Source: Anthoceros angustus (taxonomy: Eukaryota > Plantae > Anthocerotophyta). From it: a DNA stretch of 64,000 nt. The stretch covers positions 1,885,478 through 1,949,477 of the forward strand of contig MU008158.1 in assembly GCA_010909165.1 (NCBI GenBank), in the 5' to 3' direction. Position numbers and translations under genes: made by a program. Positions within the stretch are counted from its first letter, which is position 1. Each line of letters begins with the position of its first letter. Positions 12,255-23,165 of this stretch are shown piece by piece. The notes under the pieces were generated by a model. The model did not search any database and was not told the DNA's origin. It was given only the letters and a program-made list of their open reading frames with translations.

Positions 12255-14900
12255 TCACGGCAACCACTGCATGATGATGCGACCCGTTACCCACATCCAA
12301 TGTGTCGGTTTGGGCAGGTACACATAATCACCTGGTTCAAAACGACGGGCCTTGGGTTTCCAACTTCCTCCACGTGTGTGCGCATAGCGCAAGTTGTCCC
12401 TATGCTGAGCAATGGCGAGATTGTCCATGGCCATTGGCATGATGTGTTGGAACAACGTAGCACGCTTCTGCAGCTCTTTGACACAATTATCCAGGTCAGT
12501 CCAAGACAAGGGCTGCTCCATAGCAGCTTGCCTGACATTAGGTAGGTGTGGATGACGGCCAAACAACAAAAAGTATGGTGAAAAGTTGGCTAACGCAGCT
12601 TGCTTGCTGACCCGATAACCAAGTAGCAGATAGGGCAGCATGTCATCCCAATCTTTGGAGTCCTTCTTCAAACAGTACTTCCGCAAAGCCCTCTTAATGG
12701 TTTGCACATTGCGTTCAGCCAAGCCATCGCAGGGTGATCACGCTTGCGCGATGATCAATTAAGGCCCATCCGCGGGTTGCTAAAATCACCTCGAAACTCC
12801 GAACCTTGATCGGTGGCGACCTCGGCATCGCCAAACACGGAAAGAACACACTGCTGCGGGGAAGGTGCAGCGTGTTCTTCTTGGTCTTCTCCGAGAATCT
12901 GACAACTTCTATCCATTTGCTAAAATACTCCACCATCACCATGATGTGCTTATTGCCTTTGGAAGTCTTGGGCAATTCGGGTAACAAGTCAACCCCCATC
13001 GATAAAACAAGCCTTTGATTGGCAAAGAATGCAGAATCGTATCCACGGATCGAGCTTTGATGCATCATGGCACACATTTGCGACCACATCTTGAACCATT
13101 TTGTGCATGCCACCAAAGAATACTTAGGTGCGATGTCGAAGTTCGTTGACACCAAAATGCCCTAACTCCTCATGCACTGATTAAATTAGTTTTCTTGCTC
13201 GCTCGTGTGCACTATTTTTCTTCCCCAGCTTGCAGTTGCGATTGTTGCCTCCCACATGTATCTTTTAGCCCTCTTTAAATTGTCTCGCTTTCACCGCTTG
13301 AATCGTGGCAATTGCCCGCACATAAGCAGCGTTGGAGCATCCTTCCAGCATCTACGATACAAGCTTGCATAACATACAGTTCTTCATCAAGCTCGATGAG
13401 TGTCGACATGGCTAAGCTGCGACTTGGGACGACTTGATGCACTTCGTCCGTCCAGTCCCATCGAGCTTCAGTGTAATCGCTGTTGCTGGCCACCGGATTA
13501 CGTGACAACGCATCAGCATTCATGTGCAACTTTCCTGCTCGATGTGTAACCACAAAATCAAACTCTTGTAAGATCATGGCCCATCTGGCCAATTTACCTA
13601 TGAGTTTAGTATTGGTCATCAACCAATACAAGGGTTGGTGATCGGTCACCAACTCAAACTTCCTACCATGAAGGTATACTCGAAAATGCAAGACACCCCA
13701 AACTGCTGCCAACAGTTCTCCTTCATATGAACCATAATTGGCCTCTGCAGCATTCGTACTTCTGCTAGCATAGGCAATCGGATGTTCCTCTTTATCTAAG
13801 AACTGCTGCCAAGATCGCACCAAGTCCGCACCAATCTGTATACAACAAGAATGGCAAGCTAAAATCAGGCCTCCGTAGCACAGGACTATTAGACAGTCTG
13901 TCTTTTAAGTCCATTAATGCCATCTCCGCCTCCCTGCTCCATATCCATGGTGTCCTTGCTTCAATAACATTGTCGGATGAACCAATGCACTCATGTTTGG
14001 AATGTACTTCTGTAATAGCTTACGGACCTAAAAATGTTCTCAACTTAGAGATATCTGTTGGCCTAGGCAGCTTCAATATGGCATCAACTTTGGCTAAATA
14101 AGGAGCTATACCTGCCGGAGTGATTTCATGGCCCAAATACAACACTTTTGGTATCCAAACGTGCATTTCTTTGGGTGCCCCTTTAAATCCCACTCCCGCA
14201 TTTGAAATACTTTGGTCAACTCTGCCAGCTGATCCTCAAATGTTTTGGTGAAGGTAAGAACATCGTCTACATAGCACTTCACTTGTGACAGATCTGCAAA
14301 CATTTCATCGGCTGTTCTCTGGAACTCCACTACAGAGTTCTTCATGCCAAACGGCATACGGTTCCATTCATACTTCGCATCTCGTCCCCAAAACGCTGTT
14401 TTCCCCTTGTCCTCTTCAGCGATTTCAATTTGATCGAAGCCTTGCCTCAAATCTAGGGTCGCGGCTTCCTATCGTATCGAAAATTCGTGGTGGGCATCTG
14501 ATATCCATCCATGACGGTTACAGCGTTCAAGGGGCGATAATCCCCGCACATACGCCTATCAACCCAGTGTCCTTCTTCATTCTTCTTCCAAGGTAGCACT
14601 GTAGCTGCTGCCCATGGTGACTTGGACACGCGGATTAATCCTGCCTTCAACAACTCCTGACATCTTTCCTCCACGATATCCCACTCTGCTTTGCTAAGCT
14701 TATGCCTCCTTCTGCAGATTGGTGAATCATTGGTAAGCTGAACATAAAACTTCCGTCGTGTGCATTTGCCTAGATCACTCATGGAAAAGGCAAATGCATC
14801 TCGGTTAGCTTCCAACAGCTTATGCATTGCCTGCAGTTCGTCTATTGATCTCTCATGAGAGATCAGGATTGATATCCCACTTGAATTCTTCAAACTTTAC
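12255..14900 (-). pseudogene. Gypsy pol: RT, RNase H, integrase (frameshifted)
   Basis: ORFs 14453-14893, 14106-14450, 13275-13823, 12715-13155 and 12255-12722 carry canonical motifs in RT-RH-INT order. Confidence 0.92.
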
Positions 14901-17900
14901 TTCTTTCACTGCTTCAGCTACCATGGTTTCACGCCAAGGTAAGCTCCTGATATTGATCTTCTCTCCCTTCTTGCATTTACCATAAGTAACACTTTCTGCT
15001 TTGACAGTTTTCTTGTCACCATTCATGCTCCATTGATATACAATGCACGTACTACACAGCCAGATTAGCATATTCATATCTAGCGCTTGTGTGGAAGACC
15101 ACATATACACTAGCCCCTCTCTGAAGTGTCGGGATGAACGATTTTTTTTGTTTTGAGAGTGTTTGTATAGCAAAGTGCTTTGAGAATCGCGGTAAGGTCT
15201 TTTATACGAGAATGGTCCTTGGCCCTTGGGATAATAATTTGTTTTTTTTGAACCTTAGGTTTTCGACGGATAGGTAGGTTGAGATAGAGTCCTTGGGTTT
15301 TGGTGATTTTAGAAATAAGAAAGTGTCTATATATGTTAGGTGCCTACACCGCCAGCGGGCGCATCAAGCGGGGAGGTAGCCGCCCACCACGGTCAAGAAC
15401 GGACGATGCACTGTGGGAGTTTACAACCCTAGTGGCGAGCCCGCATCGGAGCGAATCGAGAGACACACCCAAAGACGAGGTCGGGCCGGCTGAGCGGAAG
15501 CGGCGCGATGCAACCAACTGAGCCTCCGCTCGCCACAGTGTGCTGGACGACGCTACGGCGTCGTGGCGGAAAAGAGAACCAGTGCAAGTAGCGAAGGAGG
15601 AAAAGAGACGCTGAGGCAAGAGCGCCACAACAAGTGGAGGAGACGCGCGAGGGTGGTGTTCCTTTCCGACCAGGTTTGCGGAGGTTCTTTTCCAAGAAAC
15701 AAGGAGAAAGAGATGGCGCCCGAGCGCCGAAATTTACTCATGCAAAGGCCCAACATGGACCATCGGAAGGTGAGAGCGGGCAGGTGCAGAGCCGGGTCCG
15801 AATTTATGGAGATGAAATGGTGTTACGCAAAGATTGGTGCAAGAGTGCGCAATTGAGAACCAAGTTGCAAGAGGGGAGACGCGAGGAAGAGGCCGCAAAA
15901 CTGGATTTGGGACTCTTTCGAGCGGTATGGCGAGAAGCATCGGAGGATGGAAGCTTGGTAATTGACCCCCAGAAGAAGACCCCGAGCCGCAGGGCCGCGC
16001 CATGAAGCTGGGAAGTGAGAGTGAACAATGGATGGGTGACTCGCCAACTCGTGTCTCACAAACTGTGGGATTAGCCAAGTGGATTTTGTGTTTCGCAATC
16101 GGAAGTTGGATCATATGGCACCACTTGGTCTTTCTTCATGAGGTGGTTAAAGGTACTCAAATCGATTGGGCGGATGATCTTTGAAAGAGCCTGTGAGGAG
16201 AGGGCGACTTTGCTCTCCCTTCCCTCGACCCTCCTTGATTTCACCTTTTCTAATTCATGTGTTCGCGCATTCCGTGTCTAACGAGTTGGAAGTCGGTCCG
16301 CCTTCATAGCCGGAAACCGTGGGAACTCAAGGTAGAGGAGGAGTGTAAGGAAGATTCCGGAAGGATTCCAGTTGGGAATGCGCCCTAGAAGATTCGGATG
16401 AAGGTGGGGAGGTTTCCAAGGGCAAGAAGGAGGCGCGCAGAACGGGGTCCAAGAAGGAAGGACGCACAGAAGAGGAACCCACAATCACCTTTTAAGTCCA
16501 TTAATGCCATCTCACACTCCCCTGCTCCCATATCCATACTGGTTGTCCTTGGGCTCAATAACATTGTCGCTGGATGAACCACGCACTCATGTTTTGAATG
16601 TATCTGTAATTACCACTTGCGGACTCTAAAATGTTCTCAACTTAGAGAGATAAAAGTTGGCCTAAAGCGACTTTCCTAATATGGCATCAACTTTTGGCTA
16701 AATATGAGCTTATACTTGCTGGTTTAGTGATTTCATGGCCCAAATACAACACTTTTTGGTATCCAAGCGTGCATTTCTTTGGGTGCCTTTAATCCCAAAT
16801 CCTGGGATTCATTGAAATACTTTGGTCAACTTTGCGGTGATCCTCAAATGTTTGGTGAAGGTAAGAACATCGCTCTACATAACACTTAGCTTGCGCAGCG
16901 GATCTGCAAACATTTCTATCATTGTTCTGCAGAACTCCACCTCTGTAGGTTCTTTTCATGCCAAGCTAAAGACATCTGGTTCCATTCATATAGCATCTAA
17001 GTCGCCCAATGACTTCGCTTTTCCCTTTGTCCTCTTCCAGCGTTCGAATTGGTGATCAACCTCAAATCTAGGAATCTAGAAGAGTCAGCTGACTTCTCAC
17101 TATTAAGCATCGAAAATTTAAATAGAAATGTGGTGGCATCTGATGTCCATCCATGATTTGCCCGATTCCTGATTCGAGGTAATCCCCGCGCCATATCAAC
17201 CCTGTGTCCTTCTTCATTCTTCTTCAAGGTATGCGCATGAGCTGCGCCAGCGGCGACTGGCCGCATCGCGGATTAATCCTCGCCTTCAACAACTCCCCGA
17301 CATCTTTCCTCCACGATATCCCACTACGCTTTTGCTAAACATGCCTCCTTACGCAGATTGGTGAATCATTGGTAATTTGAGCGTAAGATAAACTTCAATC
17401 AGGTGTATTTGCATTTGCCCTAAGATCACTCATGGAAAAGGCAAATGCATCTCGGTTAACTTCCAACGACTATATGCATTGTACTACTTGTTAGTCTATT
17501 GAGAGATCGGGAGTTGATATCCCGCGAATTCTTCAAACTTTACTTCTTTTCAACATATTCTACTTGGTTTCACGCCAGTGGCTCACGATATTGATCTTCT
17601 CTCATACTTGCATTTACCATAAGTAACACTTCTCATTACGCTTTTCATACTATCATGCTCCATCATATACAATGCACGACACACAGCCGATTAGCATATT
17701 CACATTCAGCTTTGTGTGTGAAGACCACATATACACTAGCCCTCCAAGTGCTCGGATGAACGATTTTTTTGTTTTGAGAGTGTTTGTATAGCAAAGTGCT
17801 TTGAGAATCGCCTGGTAAGGTCTTTTATACGAATGGTCCTTGGCCCTTGGGATAATAATTTTTTTTTGAACCTTAGGTTTTTCAATGATAGGTAGGCTGA

Positions 17901-19112
17901 GATAGAGTCCTGGGTTTTGGTGATTTTAGAAATAAGAAAGTGTCTATATATGTAGGTGCCTACACCGCCACGCCGCAGCAAGCCGGGAGGTAGCCGCCCA
18001 CCACGGTCAAGAACGGACGATGCACTGTGGGAGTTTACAACCCTAGTGGCGAGCGGCCGCTGCATATGGAGCGCAATCGAGAGAACACCCAAAGACCGCG
18101 AGGTTGTAAATTCGCCGTGGCGCCGGGCGGAGCCGCAGAAGTCCGGCGCGATGCAACCGCGGCCGTGAGCCTCCGCTTCGGCAGTTGGACGACACGCCCG
18201 GCGGCGGCGGAAGAGAACCAAAGGCCATGGAGCGAAGGAGGAAAAGAGACGCTGAGGCAAGAGCGCCAGACGCAAGTGGAGGAGACAGGGTGGTGTTCCT
18301 TTTCCGACCAGGTTTGCAGGAGTTTCTTTTCCAAGAAACAAGGAGAAAGAGAGATGGCGCCCGAGCGGCCGAAATTTCACTCATGCAAAGGCCCAACATG
18401 GACCATCGGAAGGTGAGAGCGGCACCGGTGCGGAGCCGGGTCCGGAATTTATGGAGAGAATGGTGTTACGACAACAAGAGTGCGCCCAATTGAGAACCAA
18501 GTTGCAAGAGGGAGACGCGAGGAAGAGGCCGCAAAACTGGATTTGGGACTCTTTCGCAGGCGGGCGAGAAGCATCGAGGATGGAAGCTTGGTAATTGACC
18601 CCAGAGAAAGAAGACCCCGAGAGCAATACCGCGCTATGAAGCCTGGGAAGTGAGAGTGAACAATGGATGGGTGACTCGCCAACTCGTGTTCCGCACCGGT
18701 GGGATTAGCCAAGTGGATTTTGTGTTTCGCAATCAAGTTGATCGCACCACTCGGCCTTCATGAGGTGGTTAAAGGTACAAATCGATTGGGGCGGATGATC
18801 TTGAAAGAGCCTCGAGGAGAGGGCGAAATTTGTCCCTTCCCTCGACCTCCTCCTTGATTTCACCTTTTCTAATTCATGTGTTCGCGATTCCGGTGTCTAA
18901 TCTGAGTTGAAGTCAGGTTCCGCCTTCATAGCCGGAAACCGCCGGAACTCAAGGTAGGAGGAGGAGTGAAGATGGAAGGATTCCAAGAGCTTGGGAATGC
19001 GCCTCCCTAGAAGATTCGAAGGTGGGGAGGTTTCCAAGGGCAAGAAGCGGAGGGCGCGACGGCCGAACGGGTCATGGAAGGGAAGGATGAGAAGAGGAAC
19101 CCACACCACACC
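13903..19112. repeat. Tandem duplication, about 2.6 kb unit (13903-16490 and 16490-19112)
   Basis: At about 16490 the inserted element breaks and sequence restarts with TTTTAAGTCCATTAATGCCATCTC, as at 13903. The RT region and the insertion junction are both repeated. Confidence 0.85.
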
Positions 19113-21370
19113 TAGGGTCACTGTGTCGAAATCAGCAGGAACGCGAGTGAAGGAGGAGAAAATAAAAGGGAACGACAAGTTGTGCCTCCTGTGTGGGGAG
19201 GAGTCCGCCGCTAGGAGAGATTGGAGCGGATGAGGAAGATTGTGGCAAACCAACCCCTAGAAGAAGAGGGGTTAGTTATGATAGCCAAGTCCGCGAGCTC
19301 TAACATTTTTGGCGACATTTCACCGACCCGTCCTATCAAGTGGAGGCAGACACCGGCGAGAATTGTTGTGGAAGGGAATGGGCACGGGCACGAATCAGTT
19401 GACTGGCCATGGCTCGACGCAGTGATCTCCTCGACTGTGCACCATGGCTCTCACCGGCCGAGTGCCAACAGAAAAGTTGCTCAAGGAGAAGTTGGAGAGC
19501 CCGAAGGCGAGAACAAGGTGGCAGGAGCGCAGACGGAATGCGAGGCGGCCCTATGCAAGGCATGAGCAGTTTAAAGGCCATGTCCACCCAACAGAGGCCT
19601 TAGTGAATCAGTCAAGGGGCGATGCCACAATCGAGGAGCTCAAGATGAGGTCTCATGAGCCTGTGAACAAATGGAAACAATGGCGCCCGAGAAATTCAAG
19701 AAGTAGAGATATAAGCGAGAGAGATGAAGCTAGGCCAGTCAAGAGAGAGGTGGCCAAACCAAGAAGGGCAGAGCCACAAAGAACCGCAGAGTCAAGCCAC
19801 CACCGGGGGGAAACTACCACCACGGTGGCTAAACCGCCACCGCGAAGGAGGAACCGAGGTGGGGAAGTCACCGATGAGCGCCGCAGGGGATACGATCCCC
19901 GATAAGGCACTGCCTGATTGTCCATGGAGGAGAGGGTAAGAACCGTAGTCAAGAGCGACAGTTACGTCGGATGAGGATGCTCATGTCCTCGGCTTCGCCG
20001 CATGGTGAGCGGTGCTCACTCTAAATGTGTATGTGGTTGTTGGGACAGAGGGGCGTAAACTATTGGTCAGACATCTTGATCCCACGCGCTACTGGTTCTT
20101 CCGAACGGGAGCGGGGCCTACCCCCCAAGTGGTGATCGAGGAAATGAGCGAAGCGAGCTGTGGCGTGGAGGGAGGAGCACACGGTGGCCCAAATGATGAG
20201 GAGAATAATGAGGGCCTATAGACGAACGACGCCCATGGAAGACGCCAAGAAACCGCAGTGCGATCGAGGTGGAGGTTTTGGGGAGAATCGCCGGATCGAG
20301 GCGTGGTGAGAGCGAGAGCGACGGAACCCCACCGCCGCAGGGCTAGGCAAAGAACGCGACGCGCTACTAGAGAGCGCGACATCATAGGCCGAGGCTTTTT
20401 GGGGTAGGGGATAGGATGTTTTGAGGACCCGTGAGTCAGTAGTTTCGAATTGGTAGGAGCTGGTAGTGGGCCATATTTTCTAGACACAGGAGTGAGTGGA
20501 AATCCACAACAATGTATAAGAGACCCTTGAGAGTCTCCAATGCATACCCCTGTGTGAACTTCCGTGTTGAAGCTATGCGAGGTTGATTGGAGACGTCGAT
20601 CAAGATCAAACTCGTTCGATGCACCGCCTCACAAGAAGGCCGGAAGATCCCCGGATGGTCGAGAGCGAGTGGCCAAGCTCCACGCCTGGGTGACACAAGG
20701 CGCCGAAAAGAGGTAGGAATTGCCGCGAAGGCCGAGGCGGAATCGCCAAGGCGGATCGCCCAAGCACGACCGGGTTTCTTTCCCGATCCTTTCCGACCGC
20801 CACTGTGTGTTATTCCACTAGAGGGGTCTGTGGTGGCCCAAGGAGGGGTCTGTGTGGCCCAAGGAGGGGTCTGTGGCCCAGGAGGGGTGGCCCAAGGAGG
20901 GGTCTGTGGCCCAAGGAGGGGTCAGGCGTGAGAGGGAGAGTGCATTAGAAGAGAAGGTTCTCAAGGGGTAGATGAGTGCGCTACTGTGAGGGATTGTGAG
21001 AGTGTGTGAGGGAAAATCGAAATGCGAAGGGGGAGGCGTGGAATCAGAAATTCCTAGAGGTAGAGTGAGGTGTATATAGGTGTCTCAGATGCCCATAGCC
21101 CCAAGGTCCGCGCCAGAGGAGCTTGACAATAGACCCCGCGACAAAGCGGCACAGGGACCGCCACGTTGAACCGCCACCATGGTGGCCGAATCTACCACGT
21201 GGTGGGTTTGGGGTAGGTGAGAGGTGGGGTAGTGAGCGACGGGTAGGTCCAGAATCCATAGATTCAACACTCGACAAAACTATTCCCTTGGGATCGAATC
21301 CTAGGACTATAACGACATAGAGGGTAAATGTGGCCTCTTTGCGTCTTCGGATGCAAAAATCCATTCCACA
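15090..21370. mobile_element. Solo-LTR-like TG...CA element, copy A (unit about 17715-21370; 15090-16490 is a duplicated left part)
   Basis: Begins TGTGGAAG (15090), ends ATTCCACA (21370), flanked by 5-bp TSD GCTTG (15085-15089 and 21371-21375). No gag/pol. Degenerate + strand ORF at about 18354-20221. Confidence 0.85.
20821..20925. repeat. Minisatellite, about 21-bp unit GAGGGGTCTGTGTGGCCCAAG, about 5 copies
   Basis: Seen directly; the homologous site in copy B (about 33455-33495) has only about 2 units. Confidence 0.85.
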
Positions 21371-22260
21371 GCTTGTCCAATCAATTTACAACGCTCTCTA
21401 ACCGTGATACCTTCAATAGCTGTATGTCCCCAAGCATAGCCCATAGCCATTTCCCTTTCTATGGGGCTAGGCTCTCCTTCATCCTCACCCTCAGCGTTCA
21501 TAATTCTTCCTGGTGCACCTGGATATCCAAAAGCAAATGACTTCCGGCACTCACAACGCACATGCAATTTCAGGCTGCCTACTACTGACCTAAATTGTGG
21601 CATCATTACTTTCTCAACACTGAAACCTATCCGGTGTCAAGACTCTCGACACATCTTTCAGGATTGTGACATCTCTTGCATGCTATCAAATGCTCTCTTG
21701 GTGCAAGGTTAGTCCAGATACTCAGCCTATGAGCTAGGGATCCCATTTGTGTGGCATCCAGGTATATCTCCATACCTAGTATTCCACGGACCATATGCAT
21801 ACTCTCCTTCACCTGCGTTCTTCTATCAAAACCAGATGGGGCATTTTCAGAGATATAACCACATGGCTTCTCTTGCTTCTGCTGAATGAGCCTCATGATC
21901 CTAACCAATTCAAAGAATAGCGCAGATCGCGCATCATCCTTCCACGCCCCGTCCGACATCGCCTTGACACTCCCATCCCCCTTTATAACGGATCCACCGG
22001 CATTTCCAAACTCTCAATATGATCCCAACCAATGTCGTACATCCGCTGGTAATTGCTTTTGAAATTGAGTGGCCGCCTTTGCCAACAACTCGCCACATGT
22101 CCGTGACACGCACACCGCCACAGACACTAGCGAGCTATTGGATCCATCACAATACACGCACTTTCGTATCTTCACTCCCACACGTAGCATGGCCATCCGG
22201 CTGATCCCTCAAACAACTCCATTAGCACTATACCTTCTTCACCACCGGTCAATCACATTT
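21371..22260 (-). pseudogene. C5 cytosine DNA methyltransferase domain embedded in gypsy pol (frameshifted; end of motif X continues at 15089-15055)
   Basis: Motif I GIVLMELFEG (about 22205-22234) followed by AMLRVGVKIRKCVYCD; motif IV GWECQG (Cys codon 21967-21969); DDARSALFFELVRI; motif VI ISENA (about 21840-21855); motif VIII LDATQMGSLAHRL-SIWTNL; motif IX EPSPIEREMAMGY; motif X RERCKLIGQA|LDMNMLIWL. Confidence 0.85.
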
Positions 22261-22607
22261 GAATTTAGTGGCTCAAGACTTGGTGTTATCACTGTCCTTA
22301 CAATAAGCCTCGGTACGATAATCCACTCGCTTGGCATCTTTTACGCTTAGCCATGATTAACCTCTTCAAAGTCGCTGTATAACTTGAGTTCTCACCAGCT
22401 TCATAGGTTTTTCCTTGCACTCTTGACTAGCCATATATGCTTTCACATTTGCACTTTCTTGCAATGATTCCTCCGTGTCATCATCCAACAATTCATCCAC
22501 GCTGACTACGGATTCTTCCAGTTCCATGATTGCCATGCTCGCATGAAATACTGTGCGGGCCATCATAGCTGCCCGTCCCGTATGCATTAATGATAGAGGT
22601 ATGAATG

Positions 22608-23165
22608 CTAACCTTCCATCCCCGTTTCAGTGGTGAAATTAAAGAACATCTCGCATTCAATGATCAACTCCTCCTCCGCGGACACGGTACAGTCAAGCAA
22701 AATATCATAATCTGTCGCTTCTGTGGCTAAGCAAACCACCTTTACACATGTTGCATCAACCGTCCTAGGTTTTAGCACAATGCTCATTGGCCTTGCTGTC
22801 TCACCTAACACCGCTTCTGACTTTCCAGCTGCTGTTCGTATATTCCACTTTGATGGTTTCAACTTGCTGCCATATAACTGTAATGCATTCACTACCTTCC
22901 TTCCTAGCAACACAGGCTGAGCCCCCGTGTCCACTAACACTTTCATCGGGGCATGTCCTTCAATCTCTACGTGCCGCTCTTGATTATCTACCAATGCCAC
23001 GTTCACTTTTGCAATTCTCCGTGCTTCCAATCCTCGTGCCGGCTGACCTTCCAGATTGCTACGCTCCTCCAGCTTGACAGTGTGTACTGTCTTTGCCTTC
23101 CATTCTGCAATCCATTGCTGAACTTGCTCCACACCAACACCGTCGACAAACTTCGCATGGAACAT
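22608..23165 (-). pseudogene. Retrotransposon aspartic protease
   Basis: VLVDTGAQPVLLG active-site motif and downstream YDILL flap/C-terminal motif. Confidence 0.85.

Noticed and set aside
20821-20925. CRISPR-like array (also 43719-43880 and 36285-36882)
   Set aside because: Head-to-tail repeats without unique spacers, in a eukaryotic TE context with no cas genes.
21371-22260. DNMT as a host gene or bacterial contaminant
   Set aside because: It is intronless, co-oriented, and continuous with the protease and RT regions between the LTRs, on a contig with intron-containing plant genes.
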